Origin: an uncultured Deinococcaceae bacterium
Lineage (GTDB): Bacteria > Deinococcota > Deinococci > Deinococcales > Deinococcaceae
Direction: 5' to 3'
Assembly: GCA_964252075.1 (NCBI GenBank)
Contig: CAXULY010000016.1
Coordinates: 32,001 to 96,000 of the forward strand
Length of the DNA stretch: 64,000 nucleotides
Shown: positions 1 to 7,675 of the stretch, one piece after another
Layout of the letters: every line of letters starts with the position of its first letter
Position numbering within the stretch: position 1 is the stretch's first letter
Program-made: the position numbers and the translations under genes
The notes under the pieces: model-generated
What the model was told of the DNA's origin: nothing
Seen by the model: only the letters and a program-made list of their open reading frames with translations
The model's database searches: none

Positions 1-348
1 GCGCTCATTGGCGCGCAGGGCCGCCTGGGGCACCTGCCCGGCTTCGGGCACCGCCTGTACACGGACGGCGACCCACGCGCCACCGCGCTGCTCGACGCGC
101 TGCCCGAGCACCCCGCCGTCCACGCCGCGCTGGTCATGGCGGAGCGCGTGCGCGCCGAACTGGGCGAGCGGCCCAACCTGGATTTCGCGCTCGCCGCGCT
201 CGGCTGGGTGCTCGGCCTCAGCACGGAGCAGGGTGTCGCGCTGTTCGCGCTGGGTCGCACGGTGGGCTGGCTGGCGCACGCCATGGAGGGCGCGGTGGGG
301 GGACTGGTGCGGCCCCGGGCGGTGTACGTGGGGGTTCGGCCCGGGTGA
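1..348 (+). CDS. Citrate synthase family protein, C-terminal part (5' end outside window)
   Basis: Frame 1 is open from base 1 and contains LPGFGHRLYTDGDPRA, PNLDFALA and FALGRTVGWLAH, the citrate-synthase His/Asp motifs. Confidence 0.85.
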   Translation, partial: ALIGAQGRLGHLPGFGHRLYTDGDPRATALLDALPEHPAVHAALVMAERVRAELGERPNLDFALAALGWVLGLSTEQGVALFALGRTVGWLAHAMEGAVGGLVRPRAVYVGVRPG

Positions 349-500
349 AGGCTGCAGGCGTTGCGCTGCGGTGAGGGTCCATGGAGCGAAGCGGCACCCG
401 GTCTTCTCCCGTGGTGCGCCCATCCACGGATGAGTTCAGGCGGCGTGCGGACTGCGCGGGCGGTGTGGCTGTTGCTGGCCCGCGCGCCAGGGACTGGGGG

Positions 501-1688
501 TTACCGTTTCAGCTGTTTCAGGAAGCCGGGCGCGAGGACCGCCACCGTGAGCGCCAGCACCGCCACCAGCAGCAGGCTCAGGCGCAGGCTGGCGTGCTGC
601 GCCACGAAGCCGATCAGGGGCGGCCCCACCATGAAGCCCAGGTACCCGATGGTGCTGACGCGCGCGATGCCGCGCCCGCCGCCCGCGCGCCCACCCGCGC
701 CGTACAGCACCGGCACGATGTTCGCGACGCCCAGCCCGAACGCCGCGAATCCCAGCCACGCGGCGGGCGCTACTGGAATCAAGACGCCCACCGCGAGGCC
801 CGCGGCGGCCAGCAGGGCGCCCAGCATCACCACGCGGGTGTCCGCGAGGCGCGCGCGCAGGGTGTCCCCGAAGGCCCGCGCGAGCGTCATGGCGCCCGAG
901 AAGGCCGCGAAGCCCAGCCCAGCGGCAGCGGGTGTGGCGTTCAGGTCGTCGCGCAGGTACAGGGTGCTCCAGTCCCCCACGGCGCCTTCCACCAGCATGC
1001 CCAGGAAGCACAGGGCGCCCACCAGCGTGAGGGCCTTCCACAGGGAGGCCGAGGTGGCGGGGGCGCCCGGTGCGTCCTCGTCGGTGCGATCCTGCGCGTG
1101 GTCGGCGGCGCGTGGGAGCAGGGCGGCGCGCGCGACCGTGACGCCCACCAGCCCGAACACGGCGACGCCCGTCACCTGCGCGATGGTGGGGGCGCCCCAC
1201 AGGGTCAGCAGGCTGCCCATGCCCGCGCCCGTGAGGTTCCCCACGCTGAAGCCCGCGTGGAAGCCCGACATGACGGGCCGCCCGAGCGTGCGCTCGACCG
1301 TGACGCCCTGCGCGTTCATGGCGACGTCCATGCTGCCGTTCGCGAAGCCAAACACGAACAGCGCGGCGAGCAGCCACCCCAGCTGCGGGGCGAGGAACGG
1401 CAGGAGCAGCGCGGCGGCCAGCAGCACGCCCGCGAGCCACGTCACGCGGCGGCTGCCCCAGCGGTGCACCCACCCTCCGGTGAGGGGCATGGACACCAGG
1501 CTGCCCACCGGGATGGCGAGCAGGGCGAGGCCCAGCACGCCGGGCGTGAGGTGCAGGTGGTCGCGCACCACGGGGATGCCCAGCACCCACAACGCCATGA
1601 TGAGGCCGTTCACGAAGAAGGTCGCCCAGGTGGCGAGTCGGGCGCGTGGTGCGGCGGTGTGGGTCAGGGCTGGGGTGAGGCCGGTCAT
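501..1688 (-). CDS. MFS transporter (probable sugar permease)
   Basis: 395 aa with ~12 hydrophobic segments and MFS motifs (GSRR loop, DVAMN, EGAVGDW); divergent from a LacI regulator. Confidence 0.9.
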   Translation of the reverse strand: MTGLTPALTHTAAPRARLATWATFFVNGLIMALWVLGIPVVRDHLHLTPGVLGLALLAIPVGSLVSMPLTGGWVHRWGSRRVTWLAGVLLAAALLLPFLAPQLGWLLAALFVFGFANGSMDVAMNAQGVTVERTLGRPVMSGFHAGFSVGNLTGAGMGSLLTLWGAPTIAQVTGVAVFGLVGVTVARAALLPRAADHAQDRTDEDAPGAPATSASLWKALTLVGALCFLGMLVEGAVGDWSTLYLRDDLNATPAAAGLGFAAFSGAMTLARAFGDTLRARLADTRVVMLGALLAAAGLAVGVLIPVAPAAWLGFAAFGLGVANIVPVLYGAGGRAGGGRGIARVSTIGYLGFMVGPPLIGFVAQHASLRLSLLLVAVLALTVAVLAPGFLKQLKR

Positions 1689-1736
1689 GACCGGTCCGTG
1701 GGGTGGGGTGTGGGCTGCGGCATCGGGGACACTCCT

Positions 1737-1754
1737 ATCTGAATCGTTTCAGAT
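1737..1754. promoter_or_regulatory. LacI-family operator palindrome ATCTGAATCGTTTCAGAT
   Basis: Near-perfect palindrome with TGAA-n-CG-n-TTCA core, between the divergent MFS and LacI genes. Confidence 0.75.
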
Positions 1755-1782
1755 GCGAACGCCCGGATGTTAACATGACCCC

Positions 1783-2847
1783 GTGACCGCCGCCAAGCCC
1801 CCGCGCCGCCCCACCCTGAAGGACATCGCGCGCGCGCTCGGCGTCTCACTGGCCACCGTCTCGAACGCCTACAACCGCCCGGACCAGCTGAGCGAGGCGC
1901 TGCGCACGCGCATCCTCGACACCGCGCGCAGCCTCGGGTACAGCGGCCCCGACCCCCTCGCCAGCAGCCTGCGCCGGGGCCGAGCGGGCGCCATCGGGGT
2001 GCTGTACGGCGACCCCCTCAGCTACGCCTTCGCGGACCCCGCCGCCGCCCTCTTCCTGCAGGGCCTCGCAAGCGCCGTGGAGACCAGCGGCCTGAACCTG
2101 CTGCTGCTGCCCTTCCCGAACGACCCGCAGGCGGTGTCGAACGCCCCCGTGGACGGCCTCGTGGTGTACTCCCTGCCGGACGACAGCGCCTCCATGGAGG
2201 CCGCCCTTGCACGCGCCGTGCCGTCCGTGCTGGTGGACCAGCGCGCGCGCGCGGGCTTCACCTGCGTGAGCATTGAGGACGTGTCCGGTGCGCGGCAGGC
2301 CGCCGCGCACCTGCTCGCGCTCGGCCACCGCCGCCTCGCGGTCCTGAGCCTCGACCTCGCCATCCCACGCCGCCGCGGGCGCGTCACGCCCGCCCGACTG
2401 CGCGCCGCGCGCTTCCGGCCGCCCCTCGACCGCCTGGACGGCTACCGCGACGCGGTGCAGGCGGCGGGCGTTCCGTGGTCCAGCGTGACGGTCATGGAGG
2501 TGCTGGAAAACAGCACGGAGGAGGGAGAGCGCCTCGCAGGCGCGCTGCTGGACGGTCCCGCGCGCCCCACCGCGATCCTCGCGATGAGTGACCAGCTGGC
2601 GCTCGGCGCGCTGCAGGCGGCGGCCCGACGGCGCCTGCGCGTGCCCGCGGACCTCTCGGTGGTGGGGTACGACGACGTGCCCGCAGCGGCCGCCGTGGGG
2701 CTCACCACCGTGCGGCAACCGACGGTCGCGAAGGGCCGTCTGGCGGGCGAACTGCTGCTGGGTCTGCTGGCGGGGCAGGCACCCACTTCGCCCGCCCCGC
2801 TCGCCACGGAACTGGTGGTGCGCGGGAGCAGCGCGGCGCCTACCTAA
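1783..2847 (+). CDS. LacI family transcriptional regulator
   Basis: N-terminal HTH PTLKDIARALGVSLATVSNAYN and C-terminal DLSVVGYDD/LTTVRQP; TAACAT -10 box 6 nt before GTG. Confidence 0.95.
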   Translation: MTAAKPPRRPTLKDIARALGVSLATVSNAYNRPDQLSEALRTRILDTARSLGYSGPDPLASSLRRGRAGAIGVLYGDPLSYAFADPAAALFLQGLASAVETSGLNLLLLPFPNDPQAVSNAPVDGLVVYSLPDDSASMEAALARAVPSVLVDQRARAGFTCVSIEDVSGARQAAAHLLALGHRRLAVLSLDLAIPRRRGRVTPARLRAARFRPPLDRLDGYRDAVQAAGVPWSSVTVMEVLENSTEEGERLAGALLDGPARPTAILAMSDQLALGALQAAARRRLRVPADLSVVGYDDVPAAAAVGLTTVRQPTVAKGRLAGELLLGLLAGQAPTSPAPLATELVVRGSSAAPT

Positions 2848-2851
2848 ACTT

Positions 2852-2876
2852 ACGAAACTTTCGTTTCTTTCAATTT
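2852..2876. promoter_or_regulatory. Putative operator upstream of galE (ACGAAA-C-TTTCGT palindrome overlapping TTTC repeats)
   Basis: AT-rich island with a 13-bp palindrome at 2852-2864 and tandem TTTC units, just upstream of the galE -10 box (TACACT 2891-2896). Confidence 0.5.
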
Positions 2877-2902
2877 GTGTTGTGGTCGTGTACACTTCGG
2901 GC

Positions 2903-3892
2903 ATGAAGCTTCTGGTGACGGGGGGAGCCGGGTACATCGGCTCACACACGGTGAGGCAACTCGCGGCGGCGGGGCACGAGGTGGTGGTGCTGGACAACCT
3001 CAGTGCCGGACATCAGGCGGCCCTCCCCGCCGGCATGACCCTCGTGCAGGCCGACCTGACCGACTTCGACGCCGTGAAGGCCACGCTCGCCGCGCAGCAG
3101 CCGGACGCCGTGGTGCACTTCGCGGCGCTCATTGAGGTGGGCGAGAGCATGATGGCCCCTGGACGCTACTACCGCAACAATGTGGTGGGCAGCCTGAACC
3201 TGCTGCAGGCCATCGTGGAGACCCGCAAAATCCCCATCGTGTTCAGCAGCACCGCCGCCGTGTACGGCGACGCCGAGACGGTCCCCATCCCCGAGGACGC
3301 CCCGAAGGCCCCCACCAGCGTGTACGGCGAGACGAAACTCATGACGGAGCAGATGCTCGCGGCCTTCGAACGCGCCCACGGTCTGCGCAGCGTGCGCCTG
3401 CGCTACTTCAACGTGTGCGGCGCCCTGCCGGGCGGCGCGATCGGCGAGGACCACCCGAACAAGACGCACCTCATCGAACTCGCGCTCCTCACGGCGCTCG
3501 GACAGCGCGACCACATGACGGTCTTCGGCACCGACTACCCCACCGGGGACGGCACCTGCGTGCGCGACTACATCCACGTGCTGGACCTCGCCGACGCGCA
3601 CGTGCTGGCCGTGAATGCCCTCGCCGGCGGCGCCGAGAGCACCGTATATAACGTGGGCCTCGGGCACGGCTTCAGCGTGCAGCAGGTGCTGGACGCCGTG
3701 GACGACGTGGTGGGCACGCCCATCAAACGGGAGATCGGCGCGCGCCGCGCGGGCGACCCGCCCAGCCTCGTCGCGGACAGCGCCCGCATCCGCTCGGAGC
3801 TCGGCTGGACGCCGAAATTCACGGACCTGCGCGAAATCATCCGCACCGCCTGGGACTGGCACCGCACGCACCCGCACGGCTTCGAGCACTGA
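2903..3892 (+). CDS. galE: UDP-glucose 4-epimerase
   Basis: MKLLVTGGAGYIGSH, FSSTAAVYG, YGETK (YxxxK), LRYFN, DGTCVRDYIHV; TACACT 6 nt before ATG 2903. Confidence 0.95.
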   Translation: MKLLVTGGAGYIGSHTVRQLAAAGHEVVVLDNLSAGHQAALPAGMTLVQADLTDFDAVKATLAAQQPDAVVHFAALIEVGESMMAPGRYYRNNVVGSLNLLQAIVETRKIPIVFSSTAAVYGDAETVPIPEDAPKAPTSVYGETKLMTEQMLAAFERAHGLRSVRLRYFNVCGALPGGAIGEDHPNKTHLIELALLTALGQRDHMTVFGTDYPTGDGTCVRDYIHVLDLADAHVLAVNALAGGAESTVYNVGLGHGFSVQQVLDAVDDVVGTPIKREIGARRAGDPPSLVADSARIRSELGWTPKFTDLREIIRTAWDWHRTHPHGFEH

Positions 3893-3899
3893 CGCGCGC

Positions 3900-5480
3900 T
3901 CAGTGGACGGGCGCGAGGAGCCGCACGGTGTCGCGCCCGTCCGCCTTGCCGCCGTACAGCAGGCGGTCCGCGCGGCGCAGCGTGTCCAGCAGCTGACCGT
4001 CCGTGCAGGCGTCCACGCCCGCCGTAAAGGTCAGCCGTTCGCCGTCCGGCAGGCGGTGCCAGCGGTGGTGGCGCAACCGCGCGCGCAGCGCCTCCAGCGC
4101 CGCCCACGCCGTCTCGATGGGCGTGTCCGGGAACAGCACCACGAACTCCTCGCCGCCCGAACGCACCACGGACGCGCCCAGCGGCACGTGCGCGCGCAGC
4201 AGGTCCGCGAACTCCCGCAGGACACTGTCGCCGTGATCGTGCCCGTAGGTGTCGTTGATGCGCTTGAAGTGGTCGAGGTCCACGACCGCCATCGTGAGGG
4301 GCCGCTCGGCGGACGTGACCATCGCCATCTGCGCGCCGCGCGTGATGAGGTACCGGCGGTTCCAGCTGCCCGTCAGGTCGTCCGTGAGGCTCAGCTGCTG
4401 CGCTTCCTGATGCAGGTGCGACAGCTGCTCAATCGCGGCGTTCAGCTCCTCGCTGCGCGCCTGCGCCTCTGCCGCCGCGCGCTCTGCGGCGGCCGTGCGG
4501 TGCAGCACCTCCAGCGCCCGCACCTGCCGCTCCTGCCCCTCATGGTGCAGCTCCCGGAAGAGGCGCAGCGACGCCTTGAGGTGGGTGAGCGCCAGGGCCG
4601 CGTCCGCGCGCCGCTCGTGCACCTCCGCGAGCGCGGCGTGCAGCTGCGTTTGCACGGGCCGCGCCTGCATGGCATCCGCGACGCGCAGGCGCGCCTCCAG
4701 CAGCGCGCGCGCCTCTTCATGGCGACCTGAATCCAGCAGCAGGGCGGTGAGCGGCAGGAACACCTCCTCCGACAGCGCCTGCTGCGGGTCGCTGCGCTCC
4801 AGCGCCGTCCGCAGGAGCGCCTCGGCCTCCGCGCGCTGCCCGTCCCGCAGTGCCAGCCCACCCAACTGACTCAGGGCGCCCGCCTCAATCATCGCAAGCT
4901 GGTGCTGCCGCCCCAGCGCCAGCGCCTCATGCATCGCGCGCTCCGCCCCTGCTCGGTCCTCGCGCTTCAGGTGCAGCAGACCCAAATTGAAGACCGCGAA
5001 GGCCTCCAGCTCGTGGTTGCCGCTCGACCGCGCCAGTTCACGCGCGCGCCGCAGGTACGGCTCCGCCCGCTGCGGATCGCGCTCGAGGTGCATGGCGCCC
5101 AGGTCATGCACCCCCGCTGCCTCCTCCTCCTGCGCGCCCACCTCGCGGCTCAGCTGCACCTGCCGCTCGAAGGCCTCGCTGGCCCCCAGGTAATCCCCAA
5201 GTTCCGCGAGGGCGCAGCCGCGCAGGCTCAGCGCGCGCGCCAGCCACACGTCCGCCGTGGGGCGCTGTTGCAGCACCTGCCCGGCGCGTTCCAGGGCGCG
5301 GTCCGTGCGGCCCTCGCGCCAGTCGAGGAAGGCGCGCACGACCTCCACTTCGCCGAGCGTCACGTCCGGCGCGAACTGCGCGACAGCGGACCGCGTGCGC
5401 TCACGCGCGCGTTCGCGGTCCGCCCACGCCCGCTCCATGCGGGTTTCGACGCTGCTGGTGCTGTCGCTGCCTTCAGTCAT
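3900..5480 (-). CDS. TPR-repeat diguanylate cyclase (GGDEF domain)
   Basis: Helical TPR-like N-terminus, then TDDLTG, DLDHFKRINDTYGH and GGEEF active site. Confidence 0.9.
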   Translation of the reverse strand: MTEGSDSTSSVETRMERAWADRERARERTRSAVAQFAPDVTLGEVEVVRAFLDWREGRTDRALERAGQVLQQRPTADVWLARALSLRGCALAELGDYLGASEAFERQVQLSREVGAQEEEAAGVHDLGAMHLERDPQRAEPYLRRARELARSSGNHELEAFAVFNLGLLHLKREDRAGAERAMHEALALGRQHQLAMIEAGALSQLGGLALRDGQRAEAEALLRTALERSDPQQALSEEVFLPLTALLLDSGRHEEARALLEARLRVADAMQARPVQTQLHAALAEVHERRADAALALTHLKASLRLFRELHHEGQERQVRALEVLHRTAAAERAAAEAQARSEELNAAIEQLSHLHQEAQQLSLTDDLTGSWNRRYLITRGAQMAMVTSAERPLTMAVVDLDHFKRINDTYGHDHGDSVLREFADLLRAHVPLGASVVRSGGEEFVVLFPDTPIETAWAALEALRARLRHHRWHRLPDGERLTFTAGVDACTDGQLLDTLRRADRLLYGGKADGRDTVRLLAPVH

Positions 5481-5634
5481 GGTTCCTGAACCCACGGGGG
5501 CACCCCGCGCCCCCGCCACGATTCACTGTACGCTGACCACTCGGCGCGCGGGCCGAGAATGCGTGATGCGCTGCAAAGGGCACCCCAGCGGAAGACGTGG
5601 GGGCCAATCCACGCGCCCACAGCCCGCGCCGCGC

Positions 5635-6006
5635 TCAGTCCTCGCGCGACGAACCTGACAGCACCAGCAGCAACCCCCCGATGGTCGAGAGGTTCTTCAG
5701 GAAATGCAGGCGCTGCTGCTGACGGTCCGCGCCCTTGCGCTGCCAGAACGGGTGCCCCACGATCGTGGTGGGCACGAGCGCGCCCAGCAGCACCAGCGCC
5801 GCCGGGCGCGGCAGCACCCCAAGCGCCAGCAGACTACCCGCGCCCAGCATGACCGCGCCATTCGCGCGCGCCAGCAACTCCGGGCGCGGCAGGCCCGCCT
5901 GCTCCACCAGCCGCGCGCGCGGCCTGGGGTTCAGCAGCGTGTCGAGGCCCCCTCCCACGAAGATGCCCGCGAGCGCAACCCGACCAGCGGCCCTCAGGAC
6001 GTTCAT
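5635..6006 (-). CDS. DoxX family membrane protein
   Basis: GRVALAGIFV..G, PTTIVGHPFW and HFLKNL motifs. Confidence 0.85.
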   Translation of the reverse strand: MNVLRAAGRVALAGIFVGGGLDTLLNPRPRARLVEQAGLPRPELLARANGAVMLGAGSLLALGVLPRPAALVLLGALVPTTIVGHPFWQRKGADRQQQRLHFLKNLSTIGGLLLVLSGSSRED

Positions 6007-6070
6007 GCCCCCATCCTGCCCGTCCGGTCCGCGGCAGGACCAGGGGGAAAGTGTTCATGCAGCGCGCGCG

Positions 6071-7066
6071 TCACGCCCACGGCTCCACGATGACCTTGCC
6101 AGTCGTGCGGCGCGCCAGCAGGTCCTCGAAGGCCTGCCCGGTCCGCGCGAGCGGGTACCGCGGCCCCACCTGCGGCACCACCTCGCCGCCCGCGAGCAGC
6201 TGACCGAGCGCCCGGGCCGCCTCCTGCATGGCCGCCTGGTCCGTCATGAGGCTGGTCAGCCACAGGCCTGTCACGGTCAGGTTGCGCTTCATGAGCTCCA
6301 CCGGGCGCACGGTGGAGGGCTCGCGGCTCGCCGCGCCGATCACGATGCAGCGCCCGCGCGGCGCGAGCATGGCGAGGCTGTCCTGGAAGCCCTGGCCGCC
6401 CACCACCTCCAGCAGCACCTCCACGCCGCGCCCGCCGGTCGCCTCGCGCACCTTCTCCACGAGGTCCGGCGCGTCCGACAGGAAGGTCACGACGGCGCCC
6501 AGCTCACGCGCGAGGTGCAGTTTCTCCTCGGTGCTGGCGAGCGCCACGACCTTTAGGCCCAGCGCCCGCGCGAGCTGCAGGCTCGCGGTGCCCAGCGCTC
6601 CCGCCGCCGCCTGCACCAGCACCCAGTCGCCCGCGTGCGCCCGACCCAGCGTGTGCAGCGCGAAGTACGCCGTGAAGAACGACACTGGGAAGGCCGCCGC
6701 CTGCGCCGCCGAAAGGTTCGCGGGCACCGGCACGAGCGCTGCCTGAGGCACCAGCGCGTACTGCGCGAGGCCGCCCTGCCCGGCCAGCGCCGCGAAGCGC
6801 TGCCCCACCTGCACGCCCGTCACGCCCTCACCCAGTGCGTCCACGGTCCCCGCGAATTCCATGCCGGGCGTGAGCGGCAGGCGCGTGCGCGTCAGGTACT
6901 CGCCGCGCACCGTCAGCACGTCCGCGAAGTTGATGCCCACGGCCTCCACCTTCAGGCGCACCTGACCCGCGCCGGGCGTGGGCACGGGCACCTGCGCGAG
7001 TTGCAGCACCTCCGGACCACCGAGCGTCTCAACCTGCAGGGCCTGCATGTGTGCGGAATCGGTCAT
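6071..7066 (-). CDS. NADPH:quinone oxidoreductase (zeta-crystallin/MDR family)
   Basis: GGPEVLQL, GINFAD, PGMEFAG, AAAGALG and TTGKVIV; TAGCCT 7 nt before ATG. Confidence 0.9.
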   Translation of the reverse strand: MTDSAHMQALQVETLGGPEVLQLAQVPVPTPGAGQVRLKVEAVGINFADVLTVRGEYLTRTRLPLTPGMEFAGTVDALGEGVTGVQVGQRFAALAGQGGLAQYALVPQAALVPVPANLSAAQAAAFPVSFFTAYFALHTLGRAHAGDWVLVQAAAGALGTASLQLARALGLKVVALASTEEKLHLARELGAVVTFLSDAPDLVEKVREATGGRGVEVLLEVVGGQGFQDSLAMLAPRGRCIVIGAASREPSTVRPVELMKRNLTVTGLWLTSLMTDQAAMQEAARALGQLLAGGEVVPQVGPRYPLARTGQAFEDLLARRTTGKVIVEPWA

Positions 7067-7106
7067 GGGGCACAGGCTACGCCGCGCGCCGCCCCTCTGG
7101 ATAGGT

Positions 7107-7586
7107 TCAGCGCCCCCGTTCCCGGCGCTCCTGCTGCCGCATGGGCATGCCGTCAATGGTCGCGAACAGCTCCTGCGCGCCCGGCAGGCCGCCGTACACG
7201 CCCTTGATGCCCCCGTCCTTACCGATCAGGTAGGAGCGCTTCGCACCGCCATAGGCGGCCTGGACCTTCCCGCCCGGGTCACTGAGCACCGTGATGGGTG
7301 CGGCCCAGGGCACCGTGAGCAGTGTCGCGCCGGGCGGCACCACGGCCAGCACCCGCAGGTCGCGGTCCAGATAGCCCTGCGCTGCCGCCTGCACCTCTCG
7401 CAGCGCCGCCTCGTCCGGCGCGAGCGCAATCAGCAGCCGGGAACGTCCCAGCACACTCCGAAGATGCACGGTCTGCCCGTCCGCCGCCTTCAGGGTGAAG
7501 TCGGGCGGACGACCGTTCAGGTCCGGCGCGGCGCCCGCGGAGGACAGCAGCAGGGCGAGGGCCAGCAGGGTCAGGGCGCGCAGCAT
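7107..7586 (-). CDS. Secreted DUF4174 / thioredoxin-like protein
   Basis: Signal peptide, PDFTL, LIGKDGGIK and C-terminal IDGMPMRQQE. Confidence 0.75.
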   Translation of the reverse strand: MLRALTLLALALLLSSAGAAPDLNGRPPDFTLKAADGQTVHLRSVLGRSRLLIALAPDEAALREVQAAAQGYLDRDLRVLAVVPPGATLLTVPWAAPITVLSDPGGKVQAAYGGAKRSYLIGKDGGIKGVYGGLPGAQELFATIDGMPMRQQERRERGR

Positions 7587-7675
7587 GATGCGTTCAGGCT
7601 GCGCCATGGGCGTGAAGCACGGCTTCGAGAATGCTCAAGGGCCGCCGGAACTCCGGCGGCCCCCAGATCGGCCCT

